From positions 1-47,670 of the forward strand of contig JBJEQS010000128.1 of NCBI GenBank assembly GCA_051881875.1: 47,670 nt of DNA, read 5' to 3'. The position numbers were made by a program, and so were the translations under genes. The notes beneath the pieces are model-generated. The model searched no databases, was not told the origin of the DNA, and saw only the letters and a list, made by a program, of their open reading frames with translations. Position 1 is the stretch's first letter. The number at the start of each line of letters is the position of its first letter. Below are positions 43,814 through 47,670 of this stretch, one piece after another. Source of the stretch: Oscillospiraceae bacterium. Lineage in GTDB: Bacteria > Bacillota > Clostridia > Oscillospirales > Ruminococcaceae.

Positions 43814-43900
43814 CAAAACTAAAAGTTTTGGATTTTGCTTTATTGGTGCGGTTTGTACCTACCCGACCGCTTGTATAAATTGGAGGCGGCAAATTATCGT
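43814..43900 (-). repeat. Hairpin-mosaic repeat, copy D (inverted orientation)
   Basis: The reverse complement of 43838-43872 (AAGCGGTCGGGTAGGTACAAACCGCACCAATAAAG) matches 23238-23273 (AAGCGGTCGGGTAGGTAAAAAGTTTATCAATAAAG). There is also a CAAAACT-AAA-AGTTTTG hairpin and a CGATAATTTGCCGCC module. Confidence 0.7.
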
Positions 43901-43902
43901 AT

Positions 43903-43945
43903 AAAAAAGAGATGACATATAAAATATGCCATCTCTTAATTTTTA
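43903..43945. terminator. Bidirectional terminator (mainly for oadB on the minus strand)
   Basis: AAGAGATGACAT pairs with ATGCCATCTCTT (one mismatch). A6 lies on one side and T5 on the other. It is 22 nt from the oadB stop. Confidence 0.7.
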
Positions 43946-43966
43946 TAACTAAAATATGCTTTCCGA

Positions 43967-45160
43967 TTACTTTACAATACTCAGGAGTACACCGGCTGCA
44001 ACTGCTGAACCGATAACACCTGCAACGTTTGGTCCCATAGCGTGCATGAGAAGGAAGTTTGTTGGGTTTTCTGAAGCACCAACCTTCTGTGATACACGAG
44101 CTGCCATCGGAACGGCTGATACACCGGCTGAACCGATAAGCGGATTTACCTTTCCGCCTGTTACCTTGTACATAAGCTTTCCGAGGAGTACGCCGCAGGC
44201 TGTACCGATGCTGAATGCGATAACACCAAGAATGATAACCTTTGCAAATGATGAATTGAGGATATTTTCAGCCTTTGTTGTTGCACCAACTGATACACCG
44301 AGGAATATTGTTACAATATTCATAAGCTCATTCTGTGCAGTCTTTACAAGTCTGTCACATACTCCGCTTTCTTTCATAAGGTTTCCGAGCATGAGCATAC
44401 CAACAAGCGGTGCTGCTGACGGAACAAGGAGTGAAATAACGATTGTAACTGCGACAGGGAATATAATCTTTTCAGTCTTTGAAACTGTTCTGAGCTGTTC
44501 CATAACGACTGAACGTTCCTTCTTTGTTGTAAGACCTTTCATTATAGGCGGCTGTATGATAGGAACAAGAGCCATATAGGTATATGCCGCAAGAGCAATT
44601 GTTCCTGTATTGATGCTGTCAGTTGGTTTAAGGAGCTTACTTGAAACATAGATTGCAGTAGGACCGTCAGCACCGCCGATAATAGCGATTGAACCGGATT
44701 CAGTAGCACTCATTCCGAGGAGTGCAGCACCTATGAATGTGAAGAAGATACCGCCCTGTGCGGCAGCTCCGAGAAGGAAGCTCTTAGGATTTGCGATAAG
44801 CGGTGAGAAATCTGTCATAGTGCCAATTCCGAGGAATATAAGCGGCGGATAAAGCTGGAGTTTTACTCCGAGGTAGAGGAGGTCGAGAAGACCGCCGTTT
44901 GTAAGAACGTTCAGAACATCGATGTGACCTTCTTCATTAATCAGAAAGAGGTCAGGATTGTAAAGTCCTGAGAAAGGAAGATTTGTAAGCAGCATACCGA
45001 ATGAAATCGGAAGCAGAAGAAGAGGTTCAAATTTCTTTGCAATAGCAAGATACATAAATACAAAAGAAATAAGAAACATTACTATTTCTTTGATTCCAAG
45101 CCCTGCAAAACCGCTTGTTGCTGCAAGGTTGGTAATGGCTTCAATAAAAGTCTGTAACAT
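43967..45160 (-). CDS. oadB: Na+-translocating decarboxylase beta subunit (OadB/GcdB/MmdB family)
   Basis: 397-aa polytopic protein with the family pattern (LLLPISFGMLLTNLP ... IIGGADGPTAIY ... NLMKESGV ... GSAGVSAVPMAAR). Confidence 0.88.
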   Translation of the reverse strand: MLQTFIEAITNLAATSGFAGLGIKEIVMFLISFVFMYLAIAKKFEPLLLLPISFGMLLTNLPFSGLYNPDLFLINEEGHIDVLNVLTNGGLLDLLYLGVKLQLYPPLIFLGIGTMTDFSPLIANPKSFLLGAAAQGGIFFTFIGAALLGMSATESGSIAIIGGADGPTAIYVSSKLLKPTDSINTGTIALAAYTYMALVPIIQPPIMKGLTTKKERSVVMEQLRTVSKTEKIIFPVAVTIVISLLVPSAAPLVGMLMLGNLMKESGVCDRLVKTAQNELMNIVTIFLGVSVGATTKAENILNSSFAKVIILGVIAFSIGTACGVLLGKLMYKVTGGKVNPLIGSAGVSAVPMAARVSQKVGASENPTNFLLMHAMGPNVAGVIGSAVAAGVLLSIVK

Positions 45161-45194
45161 AAAAAGCTTGCCCTTTCCTAAAAATTATTTTTGA

Positions 45195-45587
45195 TTAAAA
45201 CGGATTTGTATTTTCTCTGATACCTGCCATAGCCCATGCATTGCGTGAGCCTGAATTTCTTACAGGCTTAACAGATTTGATGCGGTATGTCTTGTTTTCA
45301 GCAGCAGCCATCATTGCAACAGCCGCAGAGATTACAGCTATAACCTCATCGTTGTCATCATCAGTTTTTTCAGGGGCAGGCTGAATGGATACAGCTTCCT
45401 GAACCGCCTTTACAGGCTCTGATTTTGATACGGTGTTCTGTTTCGGCTTTTTTGATTTGTTCAAAGCCTCAAAAATTTTGCCGATTGCACTTATGAAAAG
45501 GATGAGAAGAACAAGTCCTGCAAATACAACAGTGATACCTGTTATTACTACAGCCCATACATAAGACATTTCCATCTGCATTTCCAT
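45195..45587 (-). CDS. oadG: Decarboxylase small membrane subunit (OadG/MmdD-like)
   Basis: ATG at 45587, 8 nt after GGAGAG. It has a single N-terminal transmembrane segment (VWAVVITGITVVFAGLVLLILFISAIG) and an Ala-rich C-terminal helix (VIAVISAAVAMMAAAE), and lies upstream of oadB. Confidence 0.7.
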   Translation of the reverse strand: MEMQMEMSYVWAVVITGITVVFAGLVLLILFISAIGKIFEALNKSKKPKQNTVSKSEPVKAVQEAVSIQPAPEKTDDDNDEVIAVISAAVAMMAAAENKTYRIKSVKPVRNSGSRNAWAMAGIRENTNPF

Positions 45588-45811
45588 ACACATAACTCTC
45601 CATTCTATTAAAATAACATATAAATTAATTATATAACAATTTATAAATATTTGCAACATAAATTTGAAAAAAATTTTTTATTCGATGAAATTTTATTGAA
45701 ACTTTCAGTGTAATTGTTGACTTTTTCAGCTTATGATTTATAATATATTTGTAAAGAAGTATGCTGTATGTATTTTTCTTACATAAATTCACAATTACGG
45801 AGGTATAAGAA

Positions 45812-46711
45812 TTGAAGGAATTTATAACGCTTTATTCAGGTCTTATGGCTGAAAATGCAGTTGAAAATGTTATGAGCACCGCAAAGGAGGAAACTGAAAA
45901 GGTAACAGATATTCTCAGCAAGCTGGCTGATATGGTGCTGGACATACTGCCTAAGCTGGTCTATGCGGTAATTATACTCATTATAGGTCTTATGCTTGTT
46001 AAATCGGTTGTCAAAGTGGTGCTTGCATTTATGCAGAAGGCAAATGTTGATGAAACACTCCATGGATTTGTTAAATCTCTGCTCACAATCGTGCTTGATT
46101 CACTTGTTGTAATCATCGTGCTTACTCTGCTTAATGTGCCGATGGATTCGATAGTGACAACGCTTGGTGCGGCAACTCTTGCAATAGGTCTTGCATTGCA
46201 GGGAAGTCTTGCAAATATTGCCGGCGGCTTTCTGCTGCTGATTACAAAGCCTTTCAAGGTAGGCGATTTTATTGAATGCGGTGACATTGTCGGTACAGTT
46301 GAAAATATAAGCATACTGAATACTACAATCGTCACTGCCGACAATAAGACCATTCATACGCCTAACGGAAATCTTTCAAATGTCAGAATTGTAAACTATA
46401 ATCAGAAAAACAAACGCCGTCTTGACCTTAAATTTTCAATAAGCTATGATTCCGATTACAAAGAGGCAAAGAAAATTATTTTAAACCTTATTGACAATCA
46501 TAAGCTTGCACTCCATGAGGAAGGACTTGAGCCTGTTGTAAGAGTGGGCGAACATGGCGACAATGCAATTATAATCTATGCAAGAGTATGGGTTCTGGCT
46601 GATAATTACTGGGATTTGAATTTCGACCTTCTTGAGCAGGTTAAGGATGAATTCGATAAAAACGGAATTGATATTCCTTATAACCATCTCAATGTTCATA
46701 TTGATAAATAA
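45812..46711 (+). CDS. mscS: Small-conductance mechanosensitive channel, MscS family
   Basis: TTG start 8 nt after GGAGG. It has transmembrane helices followed by the pore and beta-domain motif LAIGLALQGSLANIAGGFLLLITKPFKVGDFIE. Confidence 0.88.
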   Translation: MKEFITLYSGLMAENAVENVMSTAKEETEKVTDILSKLADMVLDILPKLVYAVIILIIGLMLVKSVVKVVLAFMQKANVDETLHGFVKSLLTIVLDSLVVIIVLTLLNVPMDSIVTTLGAATLAIGLALQGSLANIAGGFLLLITKPFKVGDFIECGDIVGTVENISILNTTIVTADNKTIHTPNGNLSNVRIVNYNQKNKRRLDLKFSISYDSDYKEAKKIILNLIDNHKLALHEEGLEPVVRVGEHGDNAIIIYARVWVLADNYWDLNFDLLEQVKDEFDKNGIDIPYNHLNVHIDK

Positions 46712-47547
46712 TGAGTAAAGATAAGAAAAAACAGAGAAGAAGCTATGGCAGAATAATTGTTCTGCTGCTTATCGTATTCATATGGTATTTCAATAATCTC
46801 ACGCTTAAACAGACCAATGCGGTTATTTACAGCAGTAAGATAAGCAGTAATGTTAAAATTGCTGTTATAAGCGATTTGCATTATGATAAAATTCATGTGA
46901 GTACATCAAAAATATTTTCAAAAATAAAGAAAAACAAGCCTAACCTGATATTTGTAATGGGTGATATGTATACAAACGGCAGCAGCGAAAAGATTATATC
47001 AACAGTCACTGATTTTGTAATATCTCTTACGGATATATGTCCTGTGTATTTTGTTCCCGGTGAGCATGACAGAGATGAAGATTATCTTGCATCACTGAAA
47101 TTAAGCTCGGTGAATGTTATGGATTATAAAACAAGTACAATATGGATGGACAGAAATGAAATACAGATATACGGTATCGACAATGTGTATTTCTCCGAAA
47201 CCTTTGACCTTGAAAATGAATTTGACCCGCCTGACAGGAATGTTTTCAGCATACTGCTTGCACATATACCAATGTATGAGCAGTATCAGAAATTCGGTGC
47301 TGATTTGACTGTATGCGGCGATACTCATGGAGGTATAGTGCAGATTCCATTTATAGGCTGTGCATATTATGAGGGACAATGGCTGCCCGAGATTTTCAGA
47401 AGCAGCAGTGAGATATATGACAAGGGACTTTTTGAGAACAGAAGGGGATATATGTTTATAACCTCCGGTCTTGGAAATAATCCTGTTCCTGCACGTTTCT
47501 GCAATCGTCCCGAAGTTGCATTCATAGACCTTATGCCTGCTAATTAA
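46711..47547 (+). CDS. Membrane-anchored calcineurin-like metallophosphoesterase (YkuE/YaeI-like)
   Basis: Metallophosphoesterase motifs are present: ISDLHYD, GDMY, GEHD, LAHIP and GDTHGG. The start overlaps the mscS stop (TAATG). Confidence 0.85.
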   Translation: MSKDKKKQRRSYGRIIVLLLIVFIWYFNNLTLKQTNAVIYSSKISSNVKIAVISDLHYDKIHVSTSKIFSKIKKNKPNLIFVMGDMYTNGSSEKIISTVTDFVISLTDICPVYFVPGEHDRDEDYLASLKLSSVNVMDYKTSTIWMDRNEIQIYGIDNVYFSETFDLENEFDPPDRNVFSILLAHIPMYEQYQKFGADLTVCGDTHGGIVQIPFIGCAYYEGQWLPEIFRSSSEIYDKGLFENRRGYMFITSGLGNNPVPARFCNRPEVAFIDLMPAN

Positions 47548-47588
47548 TATGAGTTCAACAGAAAAATTTTAAGAAAAAATAACTGAAA

Positions 47589-47670
47589 AATAAAAGTTTT
47601 TGCCAAGCTTTTTTCAAAAAGCTTGCGGTTTCCAAAGGCAGAGCCTTTGGTCGCTCGAATGAGCGAAACG
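47589..47670 (+). repeat. Hairpin-mosaic repeat, copy E (the window ends inside it)
   Basis: AAAAGTTTTTGCCAAGCTTTTTTCAAAAAGCTTGCGGTTTCCAAAGGCAGAGCCTTTGGTCGCTCGAATGAGCGAAA is nearly identical to 23372-23447, in the same orientation. Confidence 0.85.

Noticed and set aside
43956-44579. 207-aa plus-strand ORF
   Set aside because: It is antisense to oadB, whose product matches the decarboxylase beta-subunit family over its full length. The ORF is a Pro/Thr/Ala/Ser-rich mirror of a GC-richer membrane gene.
45961-46357. Minus-strand ORFs of 130 and 85 aa inside mscS
   Set aside because: They are antisense to a full-length MscS-family gene and have no RBS.
1-47670. Interpreting the window as a circular plasmid or a mobile flagellar island because its ends carry related repeats and it encodes a ParA
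   Set aside because: There is no replication initiator, relaxase, integrase or transposase. The flanks are housekeeping genes (bioY, oadGB, mscS). The two ends carry different halves of a dispersed repeat rather than overlapping identical sequence. An assembly or window break at repeats is the more economical explanation.

Overview
This 47.7-kb window comes from a low-GC, Gram-positive-type (Clostridia-like) chromosome and is dominated by one nearly complete flagellar regulon. No L/P-ring genes are present.

Layout:
- (1) Left flank: bioY on the minus strand, with a BirA-operator-like inverted repeat upstream.
- (2) A roughly 22-kb plus-strand operon behind a consensus sigma-A promoter: flgB-flgC-fliE-fliF-fliG-fliH-fliI-fliJ-fliK-flgD-(flgD/flgE-linked small protein)-flgE-flbD-motA-motB-fliM-fliY-fliO-fliP-fliQ-fliR-flhB-flhA-fliA-flgF.
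- (3) A 483-nt array of short hairpin repeats plus a lipoprotein gene sits between the two distal-rod paralogues, followed by flgG.
- (4) A translationally coupled pair follows: a 470-aa protein with a FliK-C-like end, and a stand-alone FlhB-CC domain.
- (5) A MotI/YcgR-like PilZ protein.
- (6) Flagellin, with a sigma-28-type promoter, candidate CsrA sites and a strong terminator. It is immediately followed by a GT2-TPR glycosyltransferase and a small membrane-anchored protein.
- (7) A minus-strand, sigma-A-driven operon encoding an orphan ParA, a ComFB-domain protein and an acidic protein, divergent from flgM.
- (8) flgM-flgN-flgK-flgL-(YviE-position protein)-fliW-csrA, then a convergent degenerate PilZ-like gene, an unknown helical protein, and fliD-fliS.
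- (9) Right flank: a YdjM-like membrane hydrolase, oadG-oadB (Na+-decarboxylase membrane subunits only), mscS and a metallophosphoesterase.

Notable absences from their canonical positions are fliL, flhF, flhG and all che genes. FliM and FliY both lack the N-terminal CheY-P docking peptide.

A family of shuffled short-hairpin intergenic repeats occurs at five sites, including both window ends. I found no rRNA, tRNA, CRISPR array, transposase, integrase or phage genes.

The best candidates for undescribed biology are:
- the ParA-ComFB-acidic protein operon in a locus that lacks FlhF/FlhG;
- the second FliK-like/FlhB-CC pair;
- the lipoprotein-plus-repeat insertion that splits the rod genes.
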